Shown here: piece by piece, positions 48,950-59,565 of the stretch
Layout of the letters: each line of letters starts with the position of its first letter
Numbering within the stretch: the first letter of the stretch is position 1
Notes under the pieces: model-generated
Told to the model about the DNA's origin: nothing
Database searches by the model: none
What the model saw: only the letters and a program-made list of their open reading frames with translations
Sequence record: DRR378314_843
Strand: one strand, 5' to 3'
DNA length: 64,000 nt
Program-made: the position numbers and the translations under genes

Positions 48950-50842
48950 ATGAAGGCAAAGCACTATCTCATCGCCGCCTCCGTGCTCACCGCGATTACA
49001 TTCATAGCGGCAAACCTGCTCGTGCAGAAAATGTTCACTGGCGCGCGGATCGATTTCACCGAAAACAATCTATACACGCTGTCAGACGCGACGAAATCGA
49101 CGTTGGATTCCGTGGCAGAACCCGTGGACATAACCTTCGTCTACACACGGTCCACCGGTCAGGATTTTCCGACCATTCGCGCCTACGCAGCCCGTGTCCG
49201 TGAGTTGCTGCAAGTCTATGAAAGCCAGTCTGGTGGGAAAGTACGCGTCACTGAGATAGACCCCGTCCCCTTTTCGCCTGCAGAAGACCAGGCCCTCGCC
49301 GCCGGCATCACCGCAATTGATACGAACGGAAATGATCCTCTCTACTTTGGGATCATTGGGCGAAACTCAATCGATGACCAACGCGTGATACCATTTCTGG
49401 CCCCAGAGCGAGAAGTCACGCTGGAATATGATTTGACTCGCATAGTCGCCCGACTGGATGATCCGGACCCGGCCAGAGTCGGCATACTCTCTTCACTCCC
49501 AGGCATGACCGCGCCGGGTGGTGAGGGCGGCTACACATTACTACGCGATATTCACAAATCATTTGACGTAGAACCCATCTCCGAGACGTTTCAGTCCTTG
49601 CCTGAAGACCTAGATGTGTTGCTCGTCGTACAGCCACCAGGCCTGTCGGACAGACAGCAATGGCTGATAGACCAATTCATCCTGCGAAAAGGCCGCGCGG
49701 TATTCCTGCTCGATCCGGCCGCAAAAACTGCGGCAAGCGCTGGCATGTTCCAAACCAGCGAAACCGGGACGTCCGCGACGTTGGGCATGTTTGGGGAAGC
49801 TTGGGGTATCTCACTATCCAATGACGCGGTGGCGGACGCTGCCAGCGCCCTGACCGTACCAGTCGATACAGGCGGTGGACGTATTGAAGAGCTTGCCCAT
49901 CCGCTGTTCCTGGGCATTCCGGCGGGTGATATGAATCAGGATGATTTGATCACGGCGGACCTCGCCCGATCTGTGAACTTCGGCGCGCCGGGTGCGTTTG
50001 AGGTTGGCACGTTGAGCGATGAGGTGGAGTTTACGCCACTTGTAATGACGGGGCCCAGCCCCTCCTTCATCAAGGCGGAAAATGCGGTCACGGACATGTC
50101 GCCTCAGCAAGTTTTACGTCAGTATCAAACCGAACCAGAAGCATTGGTCCTTGCCGCTCGCCTCTCTGGGCAACTCACAACAGCTTACCCGCAAGGTGCC
50201 CCTGCTTTTGATGAGCCATCGGACCCGCTGTTGGCCGAGATTGCTCGAGCAGAAGCGGCGAACGCCCTGCCGCATGTTTCCGAAAGCGAAACGGACGCTC
50301 AACTTGTCCTGATCGCCGACGTAGATTTTGTCGCGGACGATTTTTACATCATTCCGAATGAACAGATCATCGTTGCGGACAATGGCGCGCTGGTACTGAA
50401 CGCGCTGGACGCCTTGGCAGGAGGTGGTGAGCTTTCCCGGCTAAGGTCTCGCGCACCAAGTCTGCGGCGGATGGAGCGAGTTGATCGTATGCGTGAGAAC
50501 GCCGAGGCCATCTATTTCCGTCAACAGGCGGCCCTTCAAGACAATCTCCAAACGGCCCAAGCGCGGCTTGAAGAATTACAGGCGATCGGCGCGGCGGATG
50601 GCTTCTTCTCAGGCGACTTGGAAGCAGACCTGACGGAAGCAGAGCGTACTGAGTTGCTGGATTTGAGACAGCGCATTGTGGACCTGCGCGCGCAATTGCG
50701 AGAGATCGAACGCAATTATCGCCGAGATATTGATCGCCTGGAGGGCACGTTAAAAGCCATCAACATCTGGGGCGGCCCGATGTTGGTCTGCTTGATCGGT
50801 CTGTTTGTCTGGTATCGCCAAAGGCGCAGGGGAGCGGCATGA
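48950..50842 (+). CDS. GldG-family ABC auxiliary protein
   Basis: RIDFTENNLYTLS, LEYDL, IDQFILRKG, DNGALVLNALD, C-terminal coiled coil and TM. Confidence 0.85.
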   Translation: MKAKHYLIAASVLTAITFIAANLLVQKMFTGARIDFTENNLYTLSDATKSTLDSVAEPVDITFVYTRSTGQDFPTIRAYAARVRELLQVYESQSGGKVRVTEIDPVPFSPAEDQALAAGITAIDTNGNDPLYFGIIGRNSIDDQRVIPFLAPEREVTLEYDLTRIVARLDDPDPARVGILSSLPGMTAPGGEGGYTLLRDIHKSFDVEPISETFQSLPEDLDVLLVVQPPGLSDRQQWLIDQFILRKGRAVFLLDPAAKTAASAGMFQTSETGTSATLGMFGEAWGISLSNDAVADAASALTVPVDTGGGRIEELAHPLFLGIPAGDMNQDDLITADLARSVNFGAPGAFEVGTLSDEVEFTPLVMTGPSPSFIKAENAVTDMSPQQVLRQYQTEPEALVLAARLSGQLTTAYPQGAPAFDEPSDPLLAEIARAEAANALPHVSESETDAQLVLIADVDFVADDFYIIPNEQIIVADNGALVLNALDALAGGGELSRLRSRAPSLRRMERVDRMRENAEAIYFRQQAALQDNLQTAQARLEELQAIGAADGFFSGDLEADLTEAERTELLDLRQRIVDLRAQLREIERNYRRDIDRLEGTLKAINIWGGPMLVCLIGLFVWYRQRRRGAA

Positions 50843-51885
50843 GCGATCTTCGCACCAAACAACGGATACGGCGACTTCAGATCATGGGAGGAATCGCCGC
50901 TGGCCTGACCCTGCTGAGCCTGGCTGCCTATAGTTTTGATGGCCCGTCAATGCGCGCGTCAGAGCGCGACGGCCAAAAAGTGATTCCTGACTTCGCTGCT
51001 ATTCGCGCTGAGGCCAGCGCCATCCGCGTCTCACTCTCCGATGAAGCGTATACCTTGGTGAATACCCAAGAGGGCTGGAAAATGGGCGACGAGGATGGAT
51101 ATCCAGTCCGTCCCGACCGGCTCGCTGAACTAGCAACCGGTCTGGAAGCTTTGAGTTGGGGAGAGGGCCGGACCCGTGACCCGGACAAGCTAAACAGGAT
51201 TGGCCTAGGTGATCCACACGATGGCGGAACAGGCGCTTTGATTGAGATCATCGACGATAACGGTCAGGTGGCCGCATCGCTTATCACAGGTCGTAAAGAC
51301 AGCCAGCTATACGGACGGCTGCCTGATCAGGAACAAGCGTTTCAGGTCGTGGGAGATCTGCCTCCCTTCTACAATCATGATGCGTGGCTGGACTTTGACA
51401 TCTTCGAGATCAATTCCGACGCCATCTCGGCGGTGAGAATATTCGATTCCGTTGGCGAGAGCTTGTACCTCCAACGCTCCGTAGGTTCGAGCGATAGAAG
51501 CTTTATTCCCGGTCCGCCCTTTCAGAACTTCAGATTGGTTAGCCGTATGGCAGCCTCCACCCCCGCCCTGGCGCTCACCCGGTTTGACCCGATCGGCGTA
51601 AAACCCGCCAGTGAGCTGCAAACGCGCTTCGTTGGTCGACACATCACCGAAACGCATGACGGGCTTGAAGTAGACGTACACGCGTTCAGGGAGCCGGACG
51701 GCTATTTCGTTACGATCCGCGCCATCGAGGCTGGCGAAGGCGCTCATCGCGGCAGCACGATCAATGACAAAGCGGAAGGCTGGGCTTTTCAACTGGCTGA
51801 ATATGACTGGAACGAATTTACGCCGCGCGTTTCTTCGATTGTCAGGCCCCCTGCCCTCGCGCTCGAGGCAGATCAGCCTAATTAG
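50839..51885 (+). CDS. DUF4340-like membrane-anchored protein
   Basis: N-terminal TM, W...GYPV, RIGL; usual fourth gene of GldAFG-like operons. Confidence 0.7.
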   Translation: MSDLRTKQRIRRLQIMGGIAAGLTLLSLAAYSFDGPSMRASERDGQKVIPDFAAIRAEASAIRVSLSDEAYTLVNTQEGWKMGDEDGYPVRPDRLAELATGLEALSWGEGRTRDPDKLNRIGLGDPHDGGTGALIEIIDDNGQVAASLITGRKDSQLYGRLPDQEQAFQVVGDLPPFYNHDAWLDFDIFEINSDAISAVRIFDSVGESLYLQRSVGSSDRSFIPGPPFQNFRLVSRMAASTPALALTRFDPIGVKPASELQTRFVGRHITETHDGLEVDVHAFREPDGYFVTIRAIEAGEGAHRGSTINDKAEGWAFQLAEYDWNEFTPRVSSIVRPPALALEADQPN

Positions 51886-51899
51886 CTTCGAAGATTGCG

Positions 51900-52550
51900 C
51901 TAAGGCGCAATGACCATCGTCGCCAAGACCGGGCCGAATCCAGACTCCTGAACAATGACGGCGCAGCCCGAATCACAAACCGGTATGTCCAGCTCAACTG
52001 AATTCCCGAGCCACGGGCCGAGCGCTGTCACGCGAGTAACAGGGTTTACCATGTCCGTCGTATTTGCGTCGCCGGACAGATAGTCTACGAGCCAGATGTC
52101 TGCGAGATCCGGAACACGACCCGATAGTCGAAGCTTGTTGCCCTTGCGGACCAGGTCGACACTCAGTGCCTCTCTCGCTTCCAGCCGCTCCAGCGCACGG
52201 TCCACATTATGACGCTTGCTTCCCGCACACTGCTCCAAGCCATTATAGACGGTTTGAGGCGTGTAAGGACCGCGCAGGCCAAATCGATCAGTGTATCCTC
52301 TCTGGCGATCCTTCGATTCCTTCATCGCCATCGGGTCCTTGTCTCCAAGATAATCCCAATAATCGACTGACCAGGTAAGTACGAGCAGATCTTCCCGCTC
52401 CGCGCTGACGGCCTTGAGCGTGCGATGGGCCTTGGGACAGGAACGACAATTCTGGGAAGAAAAAAGTTCAACCAGCACCGGGCCTTCGGCAATGGCCGGC
52501 GAGGTCCAGAGACTCACGATCAATACGAGGGAAGCAAAAAAGCGTTTCAT
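51900..52550 (-). CDS. DUF1223 thioredoxin-like exported protein
   Basis: VELFSSQNCRSCP, VDYWDYLG, YTPQ. Confidence 0.85.
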   Translation of the reverse strand: MKRFFASLVLIVSLWTSPAIAEGPVLVELFSSQNCRSCPKAHRTLKAVSAEREDLLVLTWSVDYWDYLGDKDPMAMKESKDRQRGYTDRFGLRGPYTPQTVYNGLEQCAGSKRHNVDRALERLEAREALSVDLVRKGNKLRLSGRVPDLADIWLVDYLSGDANTTDMVNPVTRVTALGPWLGNSVELDIPVCDSGCAVIVQESGFGPVLATMVIAP

Positions 52551-52612
52551 TTCAGGTCCAGCTTATAGGCCCATCTTAGATCGCGCGACAGTCACAGGGA
52601 TGTGAGGCCTGT

Positions 52613-52646
52613 AAAAAAGCCCCCTCGGCATACCGAAGGGGCTTTT
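52613..52646. terminator. intrinsic terminator downstream of acnA
   Basis: AAAAAAGCCCCCTCGG-CATA-CCGAAGGGGCTTTT. Confidence 0.82.
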
Positions 52647-52667
52647 GGAGCGTATCAAAGTGCCGGG

Positions 52668-55361
52668 TCAGGCGGCAGCAGCCTCACGGGCGAGATTTCG
52701 GAGCACATAGTGCAGAATGCCGCCATTGCGATAATAGTCGAGTTCATTCTCGGTATCGATCCGAACAATTGTCTTCGCGACAATCTTTGAACCGTCTTCG
52801 CGAGTTATCTCCACGTCCATGGTCTGGCGTGGTGTAATCGATTCCACGCCTTTGATGGTCACGATCTCCTTGCCGGTAAGCCCAAGCTCCTTCGCACTTT
52901 GGCCATCGGCAAACTCCAGTGGAAGCACGCCCATACCAATCAGGTTAGACCGGTGGATACGCTCAAAGCTTCCGGCGATGACAGCGCGGACGCCCAGGAG
53001 GATCGTACCTTTGGCTGCCCAGTCGCGGGACGAACCGTTACCGTAGAGATCGCCCGCGAACACTACCAGCGGCGTGCCTTCAGCTTCATACTTCATGGCC
53101 GCGTCATAGATCGGCATCTGTTCGCCGTCTGGATAGTGTACTGTCACGCCGCCTTCGACGCCCGGGACCATCTGGTTCTTGATACGAATGTTTGCAAAGG
53201 TACCGCGCATCATGACTTCATGATTGCCGCGCCGAGAGCCGTAGGAGTTGAAGTCGAGTGGCGACACCTGATGTTCCTGCAGATAGATGCCCGCCGGGCT
53301 GGACGCCTTTATGGAGCCGGCCGGGGAGATGTGATCTGTCGTAATGGAATCGCCGAATACAGCGAGAACACGCGCTTCTTCCACATCTTTCGGGGCGTCG
53401 AGATCCAGCCCCATCCCCTCAAAGTATGGAGGGTTCTGAACGTAGGTGGAGGCTGGCGGCCAACTGTAAGTTTGTCCGCCAGACACTTCGATACCTTTCC
53501 AATGTTCATCACCTTTGAACACGTCGGAATAGCGCTCGGCGAACATTTGCGGCGTAACTGCCGCTGTCATGATTTCCGCAATTTCGTGCGATGTTGGCCA
53601 GAGATCCTTGAGATAAACATCATCGCCATTTTTATCTTTGCCAAGAGGATCCTTGGTCAGATTGATCCGCAGCGATCCAGCAATAGCGTATGCAACGACC
53701 AATGGCGGTGACGCCAGATAGTTTGCCTTGATATCAGGACCAATACGCCCCTCAAAATTGCGGTTTCCGGAAAGGACGGAGCAGGAAACAAGGTCTCCAT
53801 CCGCAATCGCCTTTGCGAGCGCGGGCGGCAACGGCCCGGAATTGCCGATACACGTCGTACATCCGTAACCGACCAAATTGAATCCAAGTGCGTCGAGATC
53901 ATCCTGCAGACCAGCCTTTTCCAGATAATCCGTGACCACTTGAGATCCTGGTGCCAGTGACGTCTTGACCCATGGCTTGCGGTCGAGACCCAGTTCGCGG
54001 GCCTTGCGTGCGACCAGTCCCGCTGCGATCAACACTGATGGATTCGATGTGTTCGTGCAGGATGTAATCGCTGCGATGAATACGTCGCCATGCGTGACGG
54101 TGTAGTCTTCACCGTCGACAGAAATCGGCTCTGCGGCGTCGGACGCTTTGCCAAATTCTTTTGCCATGGCATCGGCGAAGGCCGTGTCGCCTTCGGAAAG
54201 CAATACGCGATCCTGAGGGCGCTTTGGCCCCGAAATCGATGGGACAACAGTGCCAAGATCCAGCTCAAGTGTATCCGTAAAAATGGGCTCAACCTGTTCC
54301 GGGCGCCAATAGCCCTGCGCCTTGGCGTAAGCCTCGACAAGCTCAACGCGGTCCGCGTCACGACCTGTATTGGTCAAATACTTTACCGTATCTTCGTCGA
54401 CCGGGAAGAACCCACACGTCGCTCCGTACTCAGGCGCCATGTTGGAAATGGTTGCCTGATCTTCGAGCGTCAGATTGGACAAGCCCGGACCGTAGAATTC
54501 TACGAACTTCCCGACCACACCCTTCTGGCGCAGCATCTGGACGACAGTCAGCACCAAATCGGTTGCGGTGGCACCCTCAGCCATCTTGCCGTCGAGACGG
54601 AAACCAATGACTTCCGGGATAAGCATGGACACCGGCTGGCCAAGCATGGCGGCCTCTGCCTCAATGCCTCCTACACCCCAGCCGAGTACGGAAAGGGCGT
54701 TGATCATGGTGGTATGAGAGTCCGTACCGACACAAGTATCCGGATAAGCCACGGTTTCCCCGTCTTCTTCCTTGGTCCAGACGGTTTGTCCCAGATATTC
54801 GAGGTTCACCTGGTGACAGATTCCGGTGCCCGGCGGGACCACACGGAAATTTTTGAATGCGGTAGAACCCCAACGGAGGAATTCATAACGTTCCTGATTA
54901 CGCTTGTACTCGATTTCTACGTTTTTTTCGAAACTGTCCGGGCCCGCGAAACTATCGACCATGACAGAGTGATCAATGACGAGATCAACCGGAACCTGGG
55001 GATTAATTGCCTCGGCCGACGCGCCAAGTTTTTCCGCTGCATCTCTCATGGCGGCCAAGTCAACTACGGCTGGAACACCGGTGAAGTCCTGCATCAGAAC
55101 GCGCGCCGGGCGATAGGCAATCTCGTGGCTGATATCACCCTTGTTGTCGAGCCAGGTCTTGAACGCCAGAATATCTTCCTTGGTGACGGTTTTACCGTCC
55201 TCAAACCTAAGCATGTTCTCTAGCAACACCTTGAGTGAGGCTGGCAAGCGTGAAACGTCACCCAAACCATTTTCTCCTGCCGCCGACAGAGAGTAATAGG
55301 TGTAGGATTTATTGCCGACAGAGAGTGAGCGTTTGGAATTGAAGCTGTCGAGGGAAGTCAT
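52668..55361 (-). CDS. acnA: aconitate hydratase A
   Basis: [46 protein letters not shown]. Confidence 0.98.
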   Translation of the reverse strand: MTSLDSFNSKRSLSVGNKSYTYYSLSAAGENGLGDVSRLPASLKVLLENMLRFEDGKTVTKEDILAFKTWLDNKGDISHEIAYRPARVLMQDFTGVPAVVDLAAMRDAAEKLGASAEAINPQVPVDLVIDHSVMVDSFAGPDSFEKNVEIEYKRNQERYEFLRWGSTAFKNFRVVPPGTGICHQVNLEYLGQTVWTKEEDGETVAYPDTCVGTDSHTTMINALSVLGWGVGGIEAEAAMLGQPVSMLIPEVIGFRLDGKMAEGATATDLVLTVVQMLRQKGVVGKFVEFYGPGLSNLTLEDQATISNMAPEYGATCGFFPVDEDTVKYLTNTGRDADRVELVEAYAKAQGYWRPEQVEPIFTDTLELDLGTVVPSISGPKRPQDRVLLSEGDTAFADAMAKEFGKASDAAEPISVDGEDYTVTHGDVFIAAITSCTNTSNPSVLIAAGLVARKARELGLDRKPWVKTSLAPGSQVVTDYLEKAGLQDDLDALGFNLVGYGCTTCIGNSGPLPPALAKAIADGDLVSCSVLSGNRNFEGRIGPDIKANYLASPPLVVAYAIAGSLRINLTKDPLGKDKNGDDVYLKDLWPTSHEIAEIMTAAVTPQMFAERYSDVFKGDEHWKGIEVSGGQTYSWPPASTYVQNPPYFEGMGLDLDAPKDVEEARVLAVFGDSITTDHISPAGSIKASSPAGIYLQEHQVSPLDFNSYGSRRGNHEVMMRGTFANIRIKNQMVPGVEGGVTVHYPDGEQMPIYDAAMKYEAEGTPLVVFAGDLYGNGSSRDWAAKGTILLGVRAVIAGSFERIHRSNLIGMGVLPLEFADGQSAKELGLTGKEIVTIKGVESITPRQTMDVEITREDGSKIVAKTIVRIDTENELDYYRNGGILHYVLRNLAREAAAA

Positions 55362-55477
55362 AAGAGGGAACCTCGCGTCTGAATTATCATCTGCGGCGAA
55401 GAGCCGCCGCGTTGGCCTGTCTCATATAAGCGCATAATGGATTGAAGCAATTGAGACAAAGGGTCTAAACGGGTCAG

Positions 55478-56053
55478 ATGGGCGTTGGTTCACTCCTTTC
55501 CGGAAACAATATCGGCATAATGCGTGGCGAGCGCGTACTTTTCTGTGACGTGTCGCTTTCACTTTCTCCCGGAGAAGCAATTGTGCTCAGAGGCGCGAAC
55601 GGGGCGGGCAAGACCACGCTGTTGAGAATTCTGGCCGGCCTGACGCAGGCTGAAACGGGCAAGGTCTCTCGGCACGGCGCGCATCATTGGATTGCTCACC
55701 GCGAGGGATTGAAACCCCATGAGACGCCGGCGGATCACCTCCGCCTGTGGGCGCGCGCCTGGGGGCAGACCGTAGAGATCGCGCGATTGCTTGCAGATAT
55801 GGGCCTGTCGAAACCTGCAGACGTGCCGGCAAAGTATCTCTCAGCAGGGCAGCGACGCCGCACGGCGCTCGCGCGTTTGCGACTGGAAAACCGTCCAATC
55901 TGGCTGCTCGACGAGCCGTTCACGGCACTCGACGCGGATGGAAAGTCTTTGTTGCAGGCTATGATCTCAAACCATCGCACTCAGGGAGGCGGCGTAATTG
56001 CGGCCATCCATGGCGAGGCTGGGTTCGGATTTGATACACAGGTGGAGATTTGA
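55478..56053 (+). CDS. ccmA: heme ABC exporter ATP-binding protein
   Basis: GANGAGKTT, LSAGQRRR, WLLDEPFTALD; ccm context. Confidence 0.92.
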   Translation: MGVGSLLSGNNIGIMRGERVLFCDVSLSLSPGEAIVLRGANGAGKTTLLRILAGLTQAETGKVSRHGAHHWIAHREGLKPHETPADHLRLWARAWGQTVEIARLLADMGLSKPADVPAKYLSAGQRRRTALARLRLENRPIWLLDEPFTALDADGKSLLQAMISNHRTQGGGVIAAIHGEAGFGFDTQVEI

Positions 56054-56715
56054 GCGGCGCGCCGATCCTCTCGGCTTTCCGGCAGGCGCTGGGTGAGGCT
56101 TGGGCCGGTGGCGCGGGAGCGCTGCTGCCGCTTGGCTTCTTCGCAGGCGCTGCTGTTCTTGTTCCTTTGGGGGTCGGGACGGAGCCGGCGACATTGCGCG
56201 CCATCGGCCCCGGGATCCTTTGGGTATCCCTTGCACTATCCAGTCTGGTTACGCTTGAGCGAGTTTTTCAGGCTGACACGGAAGACGGCACTTTGGACCT
56301 CTGGCTGCAGACGGGCGCCCCAGCCGCGGCAATTGCCGCAGCCAAGACATGTGCGCATTGGCTGACTGCAGGCTTGCCTCTGGCCCTGCTCTCCCCCGTG
56401 CTGCTGCTGATGTTCCAAGCAAAGGCAAGCGGCGCCCTTCTTGAAAATATGGGTCTCTACGCCATCGGCGGCATCGCCTTCTACTTCTGGGGCGGCGTTG
56501 GCGCAGCGTTGTCAGCGACAGTCCGGAGAGGCGGCTTGCTGATCAGCCTGATCGCGCTGCCACTATACGTGCCCACTGCCATATTCGGCGCGCTGGCCAT
56601 GGGCGATGGGCCCAGCAGCGCTTCAGCTCCATTATTTCTCGCCGCAACAACGCTTTTTGCTTTGGCTGCGGCTCCGTTCGCAATGGGTGCAGCCCTACGC
56701 TTGGCGGCAGACTGA
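56050..56715 (+). CDS. ccmB: heme exporter protein CcmB
   Basis: PGILW, FQADTEDGTLD, AKTCAHW, LPLYVP. Confidence 0.92.
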   Translation: MSGAPILSAFRQALGEAWAGGAGALLPLGFFAGAAVLVPLGVGTEPATLRAIGPGILWVSLALSSLVTLERVFQADTEDGTLDLWLQTGAPAAAIAAAKTCAHWLTAGLPLALLSPVLLLMFQAKASGALLENMGLYAIGGIAFYFWGGVGAALSATVRRGGLLISLIALPLYVPTAIFGALAMGDGPSSASAPLFLAATTLFALAAAPFAMGAALRLAAD

Positions 56716-56736
56716 CAGGAGGTTATTTCGAACACG

Positions 56737-57468
56737 ATGTTTTCCTGGTTTGCAAACCCACACCGTTTCCTGAAGCTGTCGGACTGGCTCGCCCCCGCTT
56801 GCTATGTGCTTGCGGCTGTCGGAATACTATGGGGGCTTTGGCAGGGTCTCTGGATCGTTCCGAAAGACGATTATCAGGGCGGGGACATCATGCGGGTGAT
56901 GTTTATCCATGTGCCAGCAGCCTGGCTTGCGATGGCCAGCTATCTCGGCATGGCCGTGATGAGTTTCGTCTGGTTTATCTGGCGCCATGAAGTCGCAGAC
57001 ATAGCCGCCAAAGCGATCGCTCCACTGGGCGCGACCTGGACATCGCTCTGCCTGGCGACGGGGGCGATCTGGGGCAAGCCGACCTGGGGCACCTGGTGGC
57101 AATGGGATGATGCGCGGATGATGTCCGTCCTGTTCATGTTCTTCCTGTTTCTTGGGTACATGGCCCTTCGCGCGGCTATGGACACACGGCAAAAGGCTGC
57201 GCGGGCTGGCGCGATTCTCGCCATGGTTGGCGCGCTGAATGTCCCACTGATCAAATTCTCGGTCGACCTGTTCACGTCCCTGCATCAGGACGCAAGCGTG
57301 ATCACAGCCGAGGGCCCCAAGATGGCAGCAGTTTATCTCTGGCCACTATTGATCAGCTCATTTGGTCACACGCTACTGTTTGCCGCCCTTGTCATGACGC
57401 TCATGCGTGCTGAAATATGGACAAGACGCGGCGCCCAGTTGCGGGCCCGCCTGATGACAGGAGACTGA
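56737..57468 (+). CDS. ccmC: heme exporter protein CcmC
   Basis: HVPAAW, WGKPTWGTWWQWD, LHQ. Confidence 0.95.
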   Translation: MFSWFANPHRFLKLSDWLAPACYVLAAVGILWGLWQGLWIVPKDDYQGGDIMRVMFIHVPAAWLAMASYLGMAVMSFVWFIWRHEVADIAAKAIAPLGATWTSLCLATGAIWGKPTWGTWWQWDDARMMSVLFMFFLFLGYMALRAAMDTRQKAARAGAILAMVGALNVPLIKFSVDLFTSLHQDASVITAEGPKMAAVYLWPLLISSFGHTLLFAALVMTLMRAEIWTRRGAQLRARLMTGD

Positions 57469-57471
57469 GCC

Positions 57472-57636
57472 ATGCTTCCAGTGTTTGAATCCAATTCTGC
57501 TTTCATCTGGGCGAGCTACGCAGTTGGTCTTGTTCTGATTGGCGGCGCAATTGCAACGGCGTGGTTTAAGTCACGCAATGCAAAAGCCGAGCTTATTCGG
57601 ATCGAAGCTCGGATCCAGGATCAGAAACGCCGATGA
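57472..57636 (+). CDS. ccmD: heme exporter protein CcmD, 54 aa, not in the ORF track
   Basis: MLPVFESNSAFIWASYAVGLVLIGGAIATAWFKSRNAKAELIRIEARIQDQKRR: FIWASY, one TM, basic tail; between ccmC and ccmG with ATGA overlap. Confidence 0.85.
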   Translation: MLPVFESNSAFIWASYAVGLVLIGGAIATAWFKSRNAKAELIRIEARIQDQKRR

Positions 57637-58157
57637 AGCGCTGGCTGGCGATTGTTCCGGTCGGCGCATTAGCCATTTTTGGCGTTGTCGCCGCGGGGCA
57701 ATTGATCAATCCGGAAAAGGGTGATTTCGAGCGACGTCTTCGCGATGCGCCTGATATCGTGTTTCAGACCCCCGACGGCGACCCGCTGGCGTTCACCCCC
57801 ACTCCGACAGGCGGCAATATCGCCGTCAACGTGTTTGCGAGCTGGTGCGCGCCGTGTGAGGCAGAGCACAAATACATTGCAGAATTGTCGGATGCCTATC
57901 CAGATCAGGTCTACGGTATCTTGTACAAGGACACGCTGGAGAACGGGCAGGAATTCCTTGCCCGGCTTGGCAACCCGTATACGCAAATTGCGCTGGACCC
58001 AGATGGGCAGGGCGGACTTGAGTTCGGACTTACTGGAGTTCCGGAAACTTTTGTGATTTCTCCAGAAGGCAAGATTCTGGATCATGTCCAGGGGCAACTG
58101 GACCAAACTTCGGTCAAAAAAATAGGCGAGGCCCTGAAAAGCGCCCCGCCCACTTAA
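57633..58157 (+). CDS. ccmG: thiol:disulfide interchange protein CcmG/DsbE
   Basis: NVFASWCAPC, LGNPY, GVPETF. Confidence 0.92.
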   Translation: MKRWLAIVPVGALAIFGVVAAGQLINPEKGDFERRLRDAPDIVFQTPDGDPLAFTPTPTGGNIAVNVFASWCAPCEAEHKYIAELSDAYPDQVYGILYKDTLENGQEFLARLGNPYTQIALDPDGQGGLEFGLTGVPETFVISPEGKILDHVQGQLDQTSVKKIGEALKSAPPT

Positions 58158-58174
58158 ACTCCGTCACCGGAAGC

Positions 58175-58885
58175 TTACTTTTTCTTTGCCTTACGAGCTG
58201 GAGCCTTTTTGGCTTGCTTCGTAGCTGTGGCTGGCTTTGCCTTAGTCGCAGCTTTTGCCTTGGCTTTAGGTGCAGCTTTCTTGGCTGGAGCCTTTTTCGC
58301 TGCTGGCTTGGCCGCAGGGGCTTTCTTCGCTGCCGGAGCTTTCTTGGCCGGAGCCTTCTTCGCTGCTGGCTTGCGAGCCGGGGCTTTTTTGGCAGCTGGC
58401 TTTGGTGCAGCTGTAGCAGCCGGTGCTGGCGCAGCTGGCTTCGGAGCCGGCGCTTCTGCCTTGTCTGCTTCTGCAACCATATCGGTCAAGCCAGCAACGA
58501 GTGCGGACTGTTTCGTTTTCGGAAGAGCTTCAAAGATGGCTTCGTCTGCTTTCTCAACAGCTGGCAGAGCTTTCTCGTAGGCCTTTTTACCTTTAGCCAT
58601 CAGAGAGACAACTTTCGCGCGCTTGTCAGTTTTCGAAGCAACCCGCTTGATAAGGCCAGAGCGCTCCATCCGAGCGACCATGTCTGCAAGCGTCGAGCGG
58701 TCGATACCGGTTGCGTTGACAAGATCGGACTGGCTGACGCCGTCATTGCCGGACAGAGCAGCAAGGACGGAGAACTGACGAAGCGTGATGCCAGCGGCGC
58801 TCAGTGCAGCGGCGGATTCATTTGCAGCAATCTGCTGAGCACGGTGCAGCAGGTGGCTAGGCGATTTTTTGAGATCGTAGGTCAT
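58175..58885 (-). CDS. MarR-family regulator with Ala/Lys/Pro-rich histone-H1-like tail
   Basis: SQSDLV..TGIDRSTL, DKRAKVV wing; about 90-aa tail of KKAPA/KPAA repeats; start at ATG 58885 or TTG 58909. Confidence 0.88.
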   Translation of the reverse strand: MTYDLKKSPSHLLHRAQQIAANESAAALSAAGITLRQFSVLAALSGNDGVSQSDLVNATGIDRSTLADMVARMERSGLIKRVASKTDKRAKVVSLMAKGKKAYEKALPAVEKADEAIFEALPKTKQSALVAGLTDMVAEADKAEAPAPKPAAPAPAATAAPKPAAKKAPARKPAAKKAPAKKAPAAKKAPAAKPAAKKAPAKKAAPKAKAKAATKAKPATATKQAKKAPARKAKKK

Positions 58886-59013
58886 GATAGTGTTTCTTTC
58901 TGTATTCAATTAGGCGTTGGGCGCGATAGAAAATCCGGTTACTGGTCTATTAAATTTCCAACCTGTGTGCGGATCAACATGTACCCTAATATACTCGAGA
59001 GGCTTAAGCTTCG

Positions 59014-59565
59014 ATGACGGATCAATTATCAAATGGTTTCTTTTCGCAAGAATTCAAACTGAAAATACCCGATGGAGACGACCGAATACGCCGTGTTTGC
59101 TCACATTGCCAGTTCGTAGACTACATAAATCCGAAAATAATTGCAGCTTCGGTTGTTACAAAAGGTAGCAAAATCCTGCTTTGCAGGCGAGCGATTGATC
59201 CGCGTAAGGGATTCTGGACGCTGCCGGCAGGCTTCATGGAGCAAGGGGAAACCGTGGAGGAAGCCGCTCGGCGTGAGGCCCGGGAAGAAGCCAATGCCGA
59301 GATTCGCATTGATCGCATCCTGGCGGTTTACTCAGTGCCGCGCATCTCTCAGGTGCAGATCATGTTTCGCGCCGAACTTGTTTCAGACATATCACCCGGT
59401 CCGGAGAGTCTGGAGGTCGAGCTGTTCGACTGGAGAGATATACCGTGGTCGAATCTGGCCTTCCCAACCGTACTTTGGGGCCTGACGCACTATGCTGAAA
59501 CTCGAAGCAAGACGGTATTCGCGCCGTTCTCCAATCCACCCGGAACGGAAGCACTCACACGTTAG
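59014..59565 (+). CDS. NUDIX hydrolase
   Basis: RRVCSHC..YINPK, WTLPAGFMEQGETVEEAARREAREEA. Confidence 0.92.
   Translation: MTDQLSNGFFSQEFKLKIPDGDDRIRRVCSHCQFVDYINPKIIAASVVTKGSKILLCRRAIDPRKGFWTLPAGFMEQGETVEEAARREAREEANAEIRIDRILAVYSVPRISQVQIMFRAELVSDISPGPESLEVELFDWRDIPWSNLAFPTVLWGLTHYAETRSKTVFAPFSNPPGTEALTR

Noticed and set aside
58209-59017. Repetitive DNA and plus-strand ORFs as a CRISPR array or separate genes
   Set aside because: The repeats are the coding sequence of the MarR KKAPA tail. There is no repeat-spacer structure.
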